This document shows positions 47,199 through 56,370 of a DNA stretch of 64,000 bases, piece by piece. The stretch lies in NCBI GenBank assembly GCA_965219855.1, contig CBDCOR010000029.1:28886-92885 (forward strand), in the 5' to 3' direction. The stretch is from Acidobacteriota bacterium. GTDB lineage: Bacteria; Acidobacteriota; UBA6911; RPQK01; JAJDTT01. Position 1 is the stretch's first letter, and every line of letters begins with the position of its first letter. A model generated the notes under the pieces. The model had not been told where the DNA came from. It ran no database searches and saw only the letters and a list, made by a program, of their open reading frames with translations. The translations under genes were made by a program, and so were the position numbers.

Positions 47199-47935
47199 TC
47201 AATTGAGCGAGAAGTCGTACTCTCCGGGCAGGTTGATATGACGCCAGGAGATGACTGAACCATTCGCCACCGCCCCGAGCAAGACTTCTCGGTCGTGGTT
47301 GTTCTCGCAAGCCGCGATCTTCTGGGACAGGTAGAGATAGTTCCAGCAAATGATGCTGTTCTTCACCAAGCGCCTGCAGGCCTCCGCGATTTCTTGCTCC
47401 TGCTTTTCGGCCTGTACAAACTCCCGTGGACTCCCTACCGAAACCGCCCTCGTGAAACGATGGGACTGCTCAATCTTGCTGAGCTGGTGCTCGATCGCTT
47501 GGCGCAGCGGGACATCATCCAGGTAGCGAAGGATGAAAATCGACTTGATGATCTGCCCGAAGGACTTGAGGGCCCGATAGAGGGCGTGTTGTTTGGAACC
47601 TTTTCTCGTGTCAATAGGTCGACACAGCGCCAGAATATGAGCCGCGGTTTGAGCTGGGAGCACACCATGGCGTTGATTTCCTGAACGATGAAGAACCGCG
47701 CTTTTGCATCGAAGTCGTGGTAGCCGTAGTGCTTCAGAATCAGAAGTTGGTGACGCTGACGTGTGCGATCGTTGTAGTCGTCTGCATCGAACGTTTCGGG
47801 GGACAAGTCAAGCCGACGGGCCAGATATTCAATGTCACGTGCTGGGAACTGCCGGGGCCTGAAGAAACGCTTGGCGGCCTTGAAGTACCCGCAGCCCAGC
47901 AGAAACCCCAGAGGCTTGGGGCTGGAAGGGCAATC
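47199..47935 (-). pseudogene. Tn3-family transposase remnant (5'-truncated, large internal deletion)
   Basis: The N-terminal DUF4158-like part (LGFLLGCGYFKAAKRFF..IEYLARRLDLSPETFDADDYNDRTRQRHQLLILKHYGYHDFD..QLKPRLIFWRCVDLL) joins out of frame, near 47600, to the extreme C-terminus (ALYRALKSFGQIIKSIFILRYLDD..LRQAIEHQLSKIEQSHRFTRAV...WNYLYL...WRHINLPGEYDF). Confidence 0.75.
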
Positions 47936-48116
47936 ACAGGAAAGTGATCTTTACACTGAAACTAACCGGTCCTACGAAAGGCCACCGGAACAGCAGTGGT
48001 TTTCCAAGGCCCCGAACTCTGTCGATTTGGGACTGGGAGAAGACGTTCCTACTAGTTGGACCGACTTTACTAATGAGCCGACGAGGAGATCCGTTTTCAA
48101 AGTTGGTTAATCGAAT

Positions 48117-49288
48117 CAGTAGCGTCCCAGCGTTAGTCGAATAACATCAACTGTTTATGAATGTCACTATTCTGAGTAATGTAATGCATGTCCTGAAAGG
48201 CCTGTAAAATTGGGGTTTTCTCGAAGAGCGAGACACTCAGGACCTGGAGAATTGTGTAGAGCGGCAACTCGAGATAGAGGCGCTTGCGGATGATGGCGAT
48301 GAGCAGGTAGGTACTGAGGGCGATCCAGATTTGTGTTTTCACGGCATTGGGACTGGTGCCGTAAAAGGCCTTGATGCGACGCAAAGGTTCGGGGTAGGCC
48401 TTGGCCGGATAGAAGGTGCTCAGCAGGACAGTTTGGTCGCAGATCAGTCCCGTCGTTCTGTCCACCGGGTGGGAGTAGCGGCGGCGGAACTTGAAGTTGG
48501 CCTTGGCGCGGGTCACGAATAACGACCGGGCAGAATGGAGTCGGTACAGGCGCCCGAAATCCAGGTATCCGCGATCCATGATGTAGTAGGCACCGGGACA
48601 AGGAATCAGGTGGTCCAAGGCGTGGACATCGTGCAGTTTTCCGTCCGAGATCAGAACGAACTCGGGAATGGCGCCGTGCAGGTTGAGCAAGGTATGCAGT
48701 TTGATCGCCCCCTTGGTACGGCGGAAGCGCGCCCAGGGGAAGACCGAGAGGCACAGGTCGATGGTCGTGGAGTCCAAGGCATAGACGGTCGCGTTCAGGT
48801 CGACTCCCAGGTCCTCGTCGGTGTACAGGCGGCGCGCTTCGGCGATAAGCACTTGGGCAAACTCGGCATAGATGCGCCAGTCGCGCCTCTCGTTGGCATT
48901 GGACAGATTGTTGCGGGAGACCGTGGAGCGAATGCCCATGTGGAAGAGCTTGGATCTCATGGCCCGTAGGCAGGCTTCGATATCGCGCAAGCTCTCGCGA
49001 TAGGTCAACTGTGCAAAGGCCATGACCCGGTAATGGTCGGCACAGCGGAACGACTTGACCTTGTAGTCGCCTCCGTAGTGCTGAACAATGCGATGAAAAT
49101 GATGCCAGGGAAGATGCCGCATCACCTGAGAAAAAATCGTCGTGCCCGTGTACATGCTCGCCCTCCTTATGAACTGAAGGGCGTGAGCGTACACTCACTT
49201 TCAAGTCGGAAACACCCATTATCTTCTCTAACATATTACTCATTAATACTTTACAGAGATTAGAAACCCAAACGTTGGGACACTACTG
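48117..49288 (-). mobile_element. IS4-family element (1172 bp), copy A
   Basis: IRs are CAGTAGCGTCCCAGCGTT / AACGTTGGGACACTACTG. The 9-bp direct repeat TAATCGAAT lies at 48108-48116 and 49289-49297. It is identical to copy B. Confidence 0.9.
48133..49155 (-). CDS. IS4-family transposase (DUF4372 + DDE), apparently in-frame deleted
   Basis: MYTGTTIFSQVMRHLPWHHF...FAQLTYRESLRDIE...DSTTIDLC...YIMDRGYLDF...KAFYGTSPNAVKTQIWIA. The ATG at 49155 follows GGAGGG. The segment that normally carries the RW..E..FK catalytic Glu block seems to be missing between LRRI and KAFYGTS. Confidence 0.8.
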   Translation of the reverse strand: MYTGTTIFSQVMRHLPWHHFHRIVQHYGGDYKVKSFRCADHYRVMAFAQLTYRESLRDIEACLRAMRSKLFHMGIRSTVSRNNLSNANERRDWRIYAEFAQVLIAEARRLYTDEDLGVDLNATVYALDSTTIDLCLSVFPWARFRRTKGAIKLHTLLNLHGAIPEFVLISDGKLHDVHALDHLIPCPGAYYIMDRGYLDFGRLYRLHSARSLFVTRAKANFKFRRRYSHPVDRTTGLICDQTVLLSTFYPAKAYPEPLRRIKAFYGTSPNAVKTQIWIALSTYLLIAIIRKRLYLELPLYTILQVLSVSLFEKTPILQAFQDMHYITQNSDIHKQLMLFD

Positions 49289-49488
49289 TAATCGAATTAC
49301 GGAGCTTGCTCGCTCTTTGACGACTCAGTGAGCCTTGGTCTCTAACGTTGCCGTCTAACGCTTTGCCGGTCAGCTGCTGGGACGGTTGGCGCGTCGGCTA
49401 CCGTCTCGACCTTCACCAGCAACGATAAGCCACAGCGGTCGGCGTGACAACTGGATGGGCTGCTGCAGGGGCGTGGTCAGGCGTCGCG

Positions 49489-49992
49489 TCAATCAAAAAG
49501 TGCTCCAGATAGCACCCAGATTCCCGCAATTAACCATCCGGCCGCTGATAATCGTACCGCTATGGGGATGTATCGATACTTTCTGCTGCAAATGGCTGCT
49601 AGCGACGTGACAAAGGCTGAAAGATCTGCAAGTACTTCCTGATCGGAAGCAGTGATCAATCGATCGGAATACTTCTTGGAAGACCATCTGCCAAATTCAA
49701 TCGAGTTTGATAGCTCTCCCTTGAGCAAGGTACCACGTGGGACCAAAACCATGACGCAAGCGAGGACCGCAATGACCAGAATGCTCGTGGCTGTCGCCCC
49801 AAGTACTTCGGGCGCCGAGAAATCTTCAAGGAGCCCAGTCGAATAGAGTGCTCCGACTATGGCGGAATCAATAGCAATTAGGATTTGGGCTTTCTGATCG
49901 GCAAATTGGATGTTCTGCTGAATCCAGCTTTCCCGGGACGTGAGAAACGAAAGGAGGAACCCGCTGTCTCGATTTGGTTGGTTTCCAGCCAT
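49489..49992 (-). CDS. Pycsar-effector-like (DUF5706/PycTM family) membrane protein
   Basis: 167 aa. WIQQNIQFADQKAQILIAIDSAIVGALY, then a TM helix ending ..VLVPR, then ..SLAAICSRKYRYIPIAVRLSAAGWLIAGIWVL. This order of motifs matches my recollection of the DUF5706 family. No cyclase gene is adjacent. Confidence 0.55.
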   Translation of the reverse strand: MAGNQPNRDSGFLLSFLTSRESWIQQNIQFADQKAQILIAIDSAIVGALYSTGLLEDFSAPEVLGATATSILVIAVLACVMVLVPRGTLLKGELSNSIEFGRWSSKKYSDRLITASDQEVLADLSAFVTSLAAICSRKYRYIPIAVRLSAAGWLIAGIWVLSGALFD

Positions 49993-50257
49993 CTTATTCG
50001 CTTGCGAGACGCCTAGCCTTGATTGTACAGAACTGCTTGGTCCATGCTGCGCCGATTAGCTCGTCTTCCTAGCAACCCTCCGGTGCCCCTCCCACATCCG
50101 GATAACCGAAACGACAACACCAATGTTGGAACCCAATCACGGGAGGGTCAAGGCAGACTAAGCCCGATTCAGAACATGGGTGTATCATCGTCGTCTTCAC
50201 AGTCTTGTGGTTTCGAACTTGTTTGTGTCTTGTACCTTGGGATTTTCAGGTTTCAGC

Positions 50258-51763
50258 TCAGGGGCGGATCTGAAACGAGTAGAGGTCGGCACTCCTGAGG
50301 ATGAATCTCAATCGGACAGGTTTTTTCAGCTCCTGAAGGCCTCGACCTCCCCTCCATCCAACTCTCCAGGCTATCTGATCTTCCTGGAGGACCTGGCAGT
50401 CTTTGTGGCTGAAACCCGGGATCGGCTTCCCAAAAAGGTCTTGCACCTCTACCTGCACCGAACCCTGAGAGGCATCGGCGTTGATCCAGAGCTCTCCGCC
50501 ATCGAAGGTCAAGGGTAGGGTCGTCAACTGACCTTCGTCCCTCCCAGCCCGGACGGAGACGAAGCCGTCCAGGCGCATTCGCGCAAGTCCCAAGGCGTCC
50601 CCTAGCAGGGTTCGCCCGTTGACCACCTCTCCCAACAGTTTGGTAGTGTTCTTGTGGGGAACACTCGACCCACGATAGTAGATCCAGATCTCATCGCCCC
50701 TTACCAGGGCACACTCGGGATAGACTCTCTTTTCATCCCAGGAATCAGCGCTTCCACTGAGGAAGGTTTGGCGATCGCCGACACGAGACCACTTTCTGCC
50801 GTCTCGGCTAAAGGTGAGCTGGGCGTCCAGCGTGTAGTTGAATCCAGACATGAAATCGGGATCTCCGGTGTACTCGTGATAGACAATCAGGAATCCGACA
50901 TAGCAATCCTGGTAGGGTAGGACCGGCATATAGTAGAACTCAGTGCCCGCCCCATCTCGCTCATCTGGGACCACGACCTCCTTCAGATCTGACCAGAGAG
51001 TGTAGTTGAAACTCTCAGCCAGCCCTATGCGCCGAGTCGGAAACGCCCCCGGATCGATTACCTTGGACCAGCGCAGCATGTGCCGTCCGTTGGGCCGGTG
51101 ATAGTAGACGTAGCGCTGCTTGCGCTGGTCCCAGAAAGGGGTGGAGAGGCCGTCTCCTGTGGGCACGATCACGGGGAACTCGTGGGCGGTCCATCTGAGT
51201 CCGTCCGGGGACCAGGCGACGCTGATTCCGTAGGTCTCGAACTTCATGAAGACCATCTTGTACCTGCGTTGGGGGTCGTGATCGTCTCGGAACACTCGGG
51301 CCTCGTTGGCTCCCTTCGGTAGGAGGACCAGGTTGTTGTCGCGACTGCTTTCAAAGTCGCGCAGGCCCAGGGAGGGCCGCTGGAACTGGAGGCCGTCACT
51401 GGAGGTGGCGAGGCACAAGAGGTTCTCTGATTGGGGCCTCACGTTGTACCAGAGCTTGAAGTGCTCCTGGTTGTAATCGTAGATCACGTTGGAGTAGAGG
51501 ATCCGCTTGCCCTCCCAGGGTCTCTCCGGCTTCAGGATCGGGTTGCTCGGTTCCTTGGAGGCCCGATGAACCCAGCGGGCGACGTTCTCCATACGATCGA
51601 TCAGCCAATCGTCCAGGAACAGCTGTCGGCTCGAGCCGATCTCACGGACGGGGGGGTGGCGCACGATACTGTTAGAGCTAAGCCCCTGGACCGGCACCGC
51701 TTCCAGTTGAGCGAGAGTGGCCAGAATCACGAGCGACAAACGTAGGAGCCATCGTCTTTTCAT
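50258..51763 (-). CDS. secreted beta-propeller glycoside-hydrolase-like protein (family unassigned)
   Basis: 501 aa with a signal peptide. QLFLDDWLID..., ..SSDGLQFQRP.., WSPDGLRWT.., FSRDGRKWSR.., and the C-terminal module RLDGFVSVRAG..LTTLPL.F.G.ELWINADA..GSVQVEV.. It is a paralogue of 59291-60700. Confidence 0.7.
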   Translation of the reverse strand: MKRRWLLRLSLVILATLAQLEAVPVQGLSSNSIVRHPPVREIGSSRQLFLDDWLIDRMENVARWVHRASKEPSNPILKPERPWEGKRILYSNVIYDYNQEHFKLWYNVRPQSENLLCLATSSDGLQFQRPSLGLRDFESSRDNNLVLLPKGANEARVFRDDHDPQRRYKMVFMKFETYGISVAWSPDGLRWTAHEFPVIVPTGDGLSTPFWDQRKQRYVYYHRPNGRHMLRWSKVIDPGAFPTRRIGLAESFNYTLWSDLKEVVVPDERDGAGTEFYYMPVLPYQDCYVGFLIVYHEYTGDPDFMSGFNYTLDAQLTFSRDGRKWSRVGDRQTFLSGSADSWDEKRVYPECALVRGDEIWIYYRGSSVPHKNTTKLLGEVVNGRTLLGDALGLARMRLDGFVSVRAGRDEGQLTTLPLTFDGGELWINADASQGSVQVEVQDLFGKPIPGFSHKDCQVLQEDQIAWRVGWRGGRGLQELKKPVRLRFILRSADLYSFQIRP

Positions 51764-51793
51764 CCTGCGCCTCCTTCAGGAATCGACCCCGAC

Positions 51794-52159
51794 CTATCCA
51801 CGGTCGAGTCGAAACCGGGGCATAAAGATGGAGTCAGTTCTCTCGTTGCTTCCAGACCTTCCTGATCCAGGGAACGGTTTGTTTGAGCGGTTGGACAAAT
51901 AGGCCAGTATCTTCGCCGAATAGCCTTCTGGAACGGAGATTGTGAAGCGCAGCTCCCGGCCTTCGGGATCACGGATCGTCAGGGGATGAATTCGAGGAGG
52001 TAGGTTTTCCATTTGCCTTGGTGGCAGCACCGCTGGGACAGTGCTCGAAGGAGCACGGTTGGGCGAGGGCGCGACCTCGCCGTAACCCGTGAGCTGCGCT
52101 GAGGTCGCCAATATCATCAGGGTACCCAGCTGAGAGCGAATTCGAGAGTGCGCTAACAT
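51794..52159 (-). CDS. possible small secreted protein (121 aa)
   Basis: An internal ATG at 52159 gives a signal-like N-terminus (MLAHSRIRSQLGTLMILATSAQLTG). No SD is present and I recognise no homology. Confidence 0.3.
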   Translation of the reverse strand: MLAHSRIRSQLGTLMILATSAQLTGYGEVAPSPNRAPSSTVPAVLPPRQMENLPPRIHPLTIRDPEGRELRFTISVPEGYSAKILAYLSNRSNKPFPGSGRSGSNERTDSIFMPRFRLDRG

Positions 52160-52187
52160 TGCGTGGACCGGTCCAGATGGAACCTCA

Positions 52188-52643
52188 CTAGGGACGGTGG
52201 TCCGCTGCAGCCAGCTGGACAGTGAGTCCATCCGGATCGTCGAAATAGACTCTATCTCCTGTGACCCGGGATTCCAGGTGCTGCTCTCGGAGTTTCTGAG
52301 CCGCTTTGTGGACATCGTAGTCATCGACCGAGTAGCAGTAGTGGTCCATGCCGGCTTGGTTTCTCCGGAAGAGGGCGAGGAAGTTGTCTCCGAAAGTGAG
52401 GAAGCAACTGGCGGCACTTTCATGTTTCACGCGCATCCCTAAGAGCTTCGCGTAGAAATCCCGGGATTGGGCTAAATCAGTGACGGCAAGGGCGACGTGA
52501 TTCAGACCGGTGGCCGTAAAGGTGCTGGGCGATGTGGCAGCGGCGGTGCCACCGACCAAGGCTGTGAGTCCAACAACGAGCTGTCGTCTCGTCAGCCCAC
52601 CTTTTTCGTAGGTCTGGACCAGCTTTTCAATTCGATCTTGCAT
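52188..52643 (-). CDS. VOC (glyoxalase/bleomycin-resistance/dioxygenase) family protein with Tat-like signal
   Basis: 151 aa with the twin-arginine-like motif LTRRQLVVGLTALVG, followed by a VOC fold (LNHVALAVTDLAQSRDFYAKLLGM). Confidence 0.8.
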   Translation of the reverse strand: MQDRIEKLVQTYEKGGLTRRQLVVGLTALVGGTAAATSPSTFTATGLNHVALAVTDLAQSRDFYAKLLGMRVKHESAASCFLTFGDNFLALFRRNQAGMDHYCYSVDDYDVHKAAQKLREQHLESRVTGDRVYFDDPDGLTVQLAAADHRP

Positions 52644-52730
52644 GCGGTTCTCCTTTGTCTTCGCATTCTACTCCACCGGATCCAGGAGTGCTCCGCTGCC
52701 TCGAACGAGAATGGGCTACCGGGGCCGGGT

Positions 52731-53835
52731 TCAGTTCAAGAAAAATTGATCGATCCAGGGCCAGCCCAATATGAGGCCAACCAGAGCCAACAGGGGAATA
52801 AGAACAAGAGCCGATTTGAGGACAATCCGCCGCCTGGAGTCCCCCTTTTGGATTGCCTTGCTGAGGGCTGCGCCAGAGACGAGATTGACCAGCAGCGACA
52901 CCGGGCTGATCCACTGAAAGCTAAGCGGGGTGGTGTCGATAGCGCCTGCAGCGCCGAGAGCCGGCAGTGTCTGGAGAAGGCTGTAGAAGTTCCCTGAAAA
53001 GGCGATCAGCACACCGGCTACGATGCCATAGATCGCTCCCACAACCGCGCCGGCCGGTTTTCCGAACTTGAGAAAAAGAGCAAAGAAGAAAAGGCTGAAA
53101 GCGGGCGTGGCTAGTAGGTTCGTGGTTCGCTGAGTCATGCCGGTGATGTTGCCGGGTACATTGCCCATGTAGGAGCTGCCAATCACGACGACCGCGCCCA
53201 GGCCGAAGGCCAGGCATTGGGCCAGCCGGACATGTCCCTTTTCGGTCTTTGGCTTCAGACCGAAGCGGTCTAGGAAGTCATTGGTAACTACGGCGGTTAT
53301 GGAGTTTACACCTGAGTCGAGGCTGGACATGGCCGCCGCGAACATGGCGGAGACCACCAATCCCGAGATGCCTACCGGCAAGTGGAAGGAGATGAACCTG
53401 GGAAAGATCTGGTCGCCGTTCTCTGCCAGGCTCAGTCCCAGTGGCAGTTCATGGGGCCTCGGCTGGAAATAGCCCATGAGGGCGAAGCCGACGAACAGCA
53501 GGGTTCCCAAGACGGTAGTGGCTACCAGGGTTTGGGTGAGGTAGGAGCGGTTAGCGGCCTTCAAATCACGCGTGGCCATGAATCGCTGGACGCTGAGTTG
53601 GTCGCTGCCGGCGGTGCAAACGGTCCACACCATCACCGAAAAGAAGGTCCCAAACATGGTGACGCGCACCTGCGGATCGAAACTGAAGACCGGTTGAGTA
53701 TCCCAAAAAGGCTGCCAGGACGTGGGGATCCAGCTGAGATCGCCGAGCTCGATCGTTACCAGGACCACGACCAGAATCGCTCCTCCCAACAGCAGAGCCG
53801 TTTGGAGAAAGTCCGTGACGACCACGGCCCCTAGT
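52731..53835 (-). pseudogene. sodium:solute symporter (SSS family), C-terminal part split by IS1380 copy 3
   Basis: It begins ..GAVVVTDFLQTALLLGG and continues with about 9 TM segments. It joins seamlessly to 55706-56243 after removal of the IS and one target copy. Confidence 0.9.
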
Positions 53836-55705
53836 CCCAAAAGAAGTAGATGAAAGTGGACTAAACCACATGTAAACACCTGAAATGCCAGACCTGACGG
53901 GTATTCTGGGGTTGTCAAAGAAACTTCAGAACAAGCCGAAAGGAGGCATTTCAGGTGAAGAAAAAGGATAGCGCAATCATCCGCAAACGGGAAGCAGAGG
54001 TTGCTCAGCGATTGAGCCCCAGCTGGAACGGTCAAGACCCGAAACCGGTGCTCTCGCCCGAGGTCATCAGCTACGAGGTCTCGGAGAAAACGGGTGCGGT
54101 CAGTTACGGTGGTCTGGGGCTGCTGCAGCAGGTGGTGAAGTGGAGTGGGCTGGGGAAAGCCATTGACCAGGCGGTGACGCTGCTCAAACGCCACCAACCG
54201 TACCACGAATCGGACCACGTCCTGAGCCTGATCTACAACGTGGCCACGGGCGGGACCCGCTATCAGGATATTGAACTGCGACGTCAGAGTGTGAGTTTCC
54301 TGGAGGCGGTGGGAGCCGAGAAGATCCCCGCCCCCAGCACGGCCGGAGACTTTATGCGCCGCTTTGACGCGCCCGACGTGGTGGATCTGATGGAAGCCGT
54401 CAATGCCAGCCGCCTCAAGGTCTGGGCCCAACAACCGGCCCGTTTCTTCCAACGGGCGGAGATCGACGTGGATGGGACGATGGCCCCCACGAGCGGCGAA
54501 TGCAAGGAAGGGATGGAGATCAGCTACGACGGGCAGTGGGGCTATGCGCCGCTGATCGTGACGCTGGCCAATACGGGAGAGGTGCTCTATGCGGTCAACC
54601 GCTCGGGCAACCGTCCCTCTCATGAGGGAGCGGCCGAATGGCTGGATCGGAGTATCGAGCTGGTTCGAGAGGCGGGTTTTCGGAAGGTGCGCCTGCGCGG
54701 GGACACGGATTTTTCGCTGACGGCTCATTTTGACCGTTGGACGGAGGCGGGCGTGGAGTTTGACTTCGGGATCGACGCCCATCCGAGCTTCGTCAAGTGG
54801 GCGGAGGCGTTGCCAGAAGCGAGATGGAAAGAGCTGGGGCGCCCCAGCCAGGGGAAAGGAAAAGGGAAGAAGCGGCGCCAGCGGCGGGACAAAGTGAAGC
54901 CGGAGATTGTCAAGAGACGCGGGTTCAAGACGCTGACGCTGGAACGGGAAGAGATCGCGGAGATCGACTACCGTCCGAGCAAAGCGAAGCGAACCTATCG
55001 GATGGTGATCTTGCGCAAGACGATCCTGGTCGAGAAAGGCCAGAAGCGGCTGCTGCCGCAGACGCGCTACCACTTTTATGTCACCAATATCTCGGCCAGA
55101 ACGTTGGGAACGGCGGGAGTCGTACGGGAAAACAACCGGCGCTGCAACCAGGAGAACGTCATTGAACAACTCAAGAACGGAGTCGAGGCCCTGCGGATGC
55201 CCTCGGATACGCTGGTAGCCAACTGGGCCTATCTGGTGATTGCGGCTCAAGCCTGGAATCTGAAAGCCTGGATGGGGTTGGTGCTGCCGGCGCGACTGCA
55301 AGCCCGACAGCTGGTGAAGATGGAGTATCGCCGTTTCCTGCGAGAGGTCATTGAAATGCCCTGCCAGATTTTGCGCAGGGGCCGACAGTTGGTCTATCGG
55401 CTGCTGGATGTCAATGGTTGGAGCCGTCTTCTCTTGGAAGGCAGTAAGTGGTTGAAACACCGGCCAGCTACCTGAAACTGAAAGGAGATAAAGTAGCTCC
55501 GAGGGTCGCCAGAGCTGGGGCGAGGTGTCTCTACAAACGCCCCCCAAGAGGGCAGAATCGTTTTCCCTGAGCGATCGGCGTGGAGGACAGCTGAACACGT
55601 GCCTGTTCTGAGTGACTTCGCGCCGAAATTTAGAATTTAGGTCTCCAAAATGGCTCCTCGGAGCCGACAAAGGGGTCTATTTTCGAACTTGCGCTTATTT
55701 TGGGC
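53836..55705 (+). mobile_element. IS1380-family insertion sequence, copy 3
   Basis: 1870 bp, flanked by CTAGT at 53831-53835 and 55706-55710. Confidence 0.92.
53955..55475 (+). CDS. IS1380-family DDE transposase
   Basis: 506 aa, with 2-3 substitutions relative to copies 1 and 2. Confidence 0.88.
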   Translation: MKKKDSAIIRKREAEVAQRLSPSWNGQDPKPVLSPEVISYEVSEKTGAVSYGGLGLLQQVVKWSGLGKAIDQAVTLLKRHQPYHESDHVLSLIYNVATGGTRYQDIELRRQSVSFLEAVGAEKIPAPSTAGDFMRRFDAPDVVDLMEAVNASRLKVWAQQPARFFQRAEIDVDGTMAPTSGECKEGMEISYDGQWGYAPLIVTLANTGEVLYAVNRSGNRPSHEGAAEWLDRSIELVREAGFRKVRLRGDTDFSLTAHFDRWTEAGVEFDFGIDAHPSFVKWAEALPEARWKELGRPSQGKGKGKKRRQRRDKVKPEIVKRRGFKTLTLEREEIAEIDYRPSKAKRTYRMVILRKTILVEKGQKRLLPQTRYHFYVTNISARTLGTAGVVRENNRRCNQENVIEQLKNGVEALRMPSDTLVANWAYLVIAAQAWNLKAWMGLVLPARLQARQLVKMEYRRFLREVIEMPCQILRRGRQLVYRLLDVNGWSRLLLEGSKWLKHRPAT

Positions 55706-56243
55706 CTAGTCCACCGAGGGAAGTGTAGATGATGGAAACGAAGCCGGTGACCAGAACGATCCAGGGGATCCAACTCTCATCGACTCCGAGCATCACCGTC
55801 ATGGCTCGCGCCGCCACGTAAACCAGCAGGCACATCCAGGTCAGACGCACCAGGATGAACATCACGCCGCCCAAGATTCGAACGCCTAGGCCCAGCCTCT
55901 CCTCCAGCAACTCGTAGGCACTGGTCACGCGGTGTCGCATGTAGAGGGGAAGGATGAATCGGCTCACGATCAGGTAGGACACGGGGTAGGTGGGGAGGAT
56001 CAGCAGAATGAAGATGGGTCCTTTGGCGATCGTCTCCCCTGGCACCGAGAGGTAGGAGATTGCACTGAGGTGAGTGGCGAACAGGGAGACGCCCACCAAA
56101 AAGGGGTTCATACTGCCGCTGCCGACGAAGTACTCCTTGGCGTCCTTCTGCCGCCGGCTGTAGTACCACCCCAGGACGATGGTCGAGCAGGCGTATACGG
56201 CGATGATCAGCCAATCGATCCAAGCCAGTCCCGCATTTTTCAA
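55706..56243 (-). pseudogene. sodium:solute symporter, N-terminal part
   Basis: TTG start after GGAGG. MKNAGLAWIDWLIIAVY...SAYELLEERLG...IIYTSLGGL, the typical SSS N-terminus ending at the IS junction. Confidence 0.9.
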
Positions 56244-56370
56244 TATGACCTCCAGTTGCAGCTTCTATAGGCACACTTCCTGCTGTTCCCGCTGCGCATT
56301 GTAGTGCGAATGAGAGGTCAGGGCTAGGGAGCCAACCCAGGGGGGCGTTGGTTGAAGGCAATGGGCAGGA

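Noticed and set aside
47905-47940. A third copy of the kinase leader motif (GGAAGGGCAATC).
   Set aside because: Only about 20 nt match, and the stretch is readable as the Tn3 transposase N-terminal coding sequence (..PKPLGFLLGCGYFKAAKRFF), so the match is probably chance.
48167-49243. The 358-aa ORF on the same strand as the IS4 transposase but in another frame (also 58129-59205).
   Set aside because: It is Pro/Arg/Gly-rich with no motifs. The overlapping frame gives a clean DUF4372/DDE transposase alignment and has an SD-ATG.
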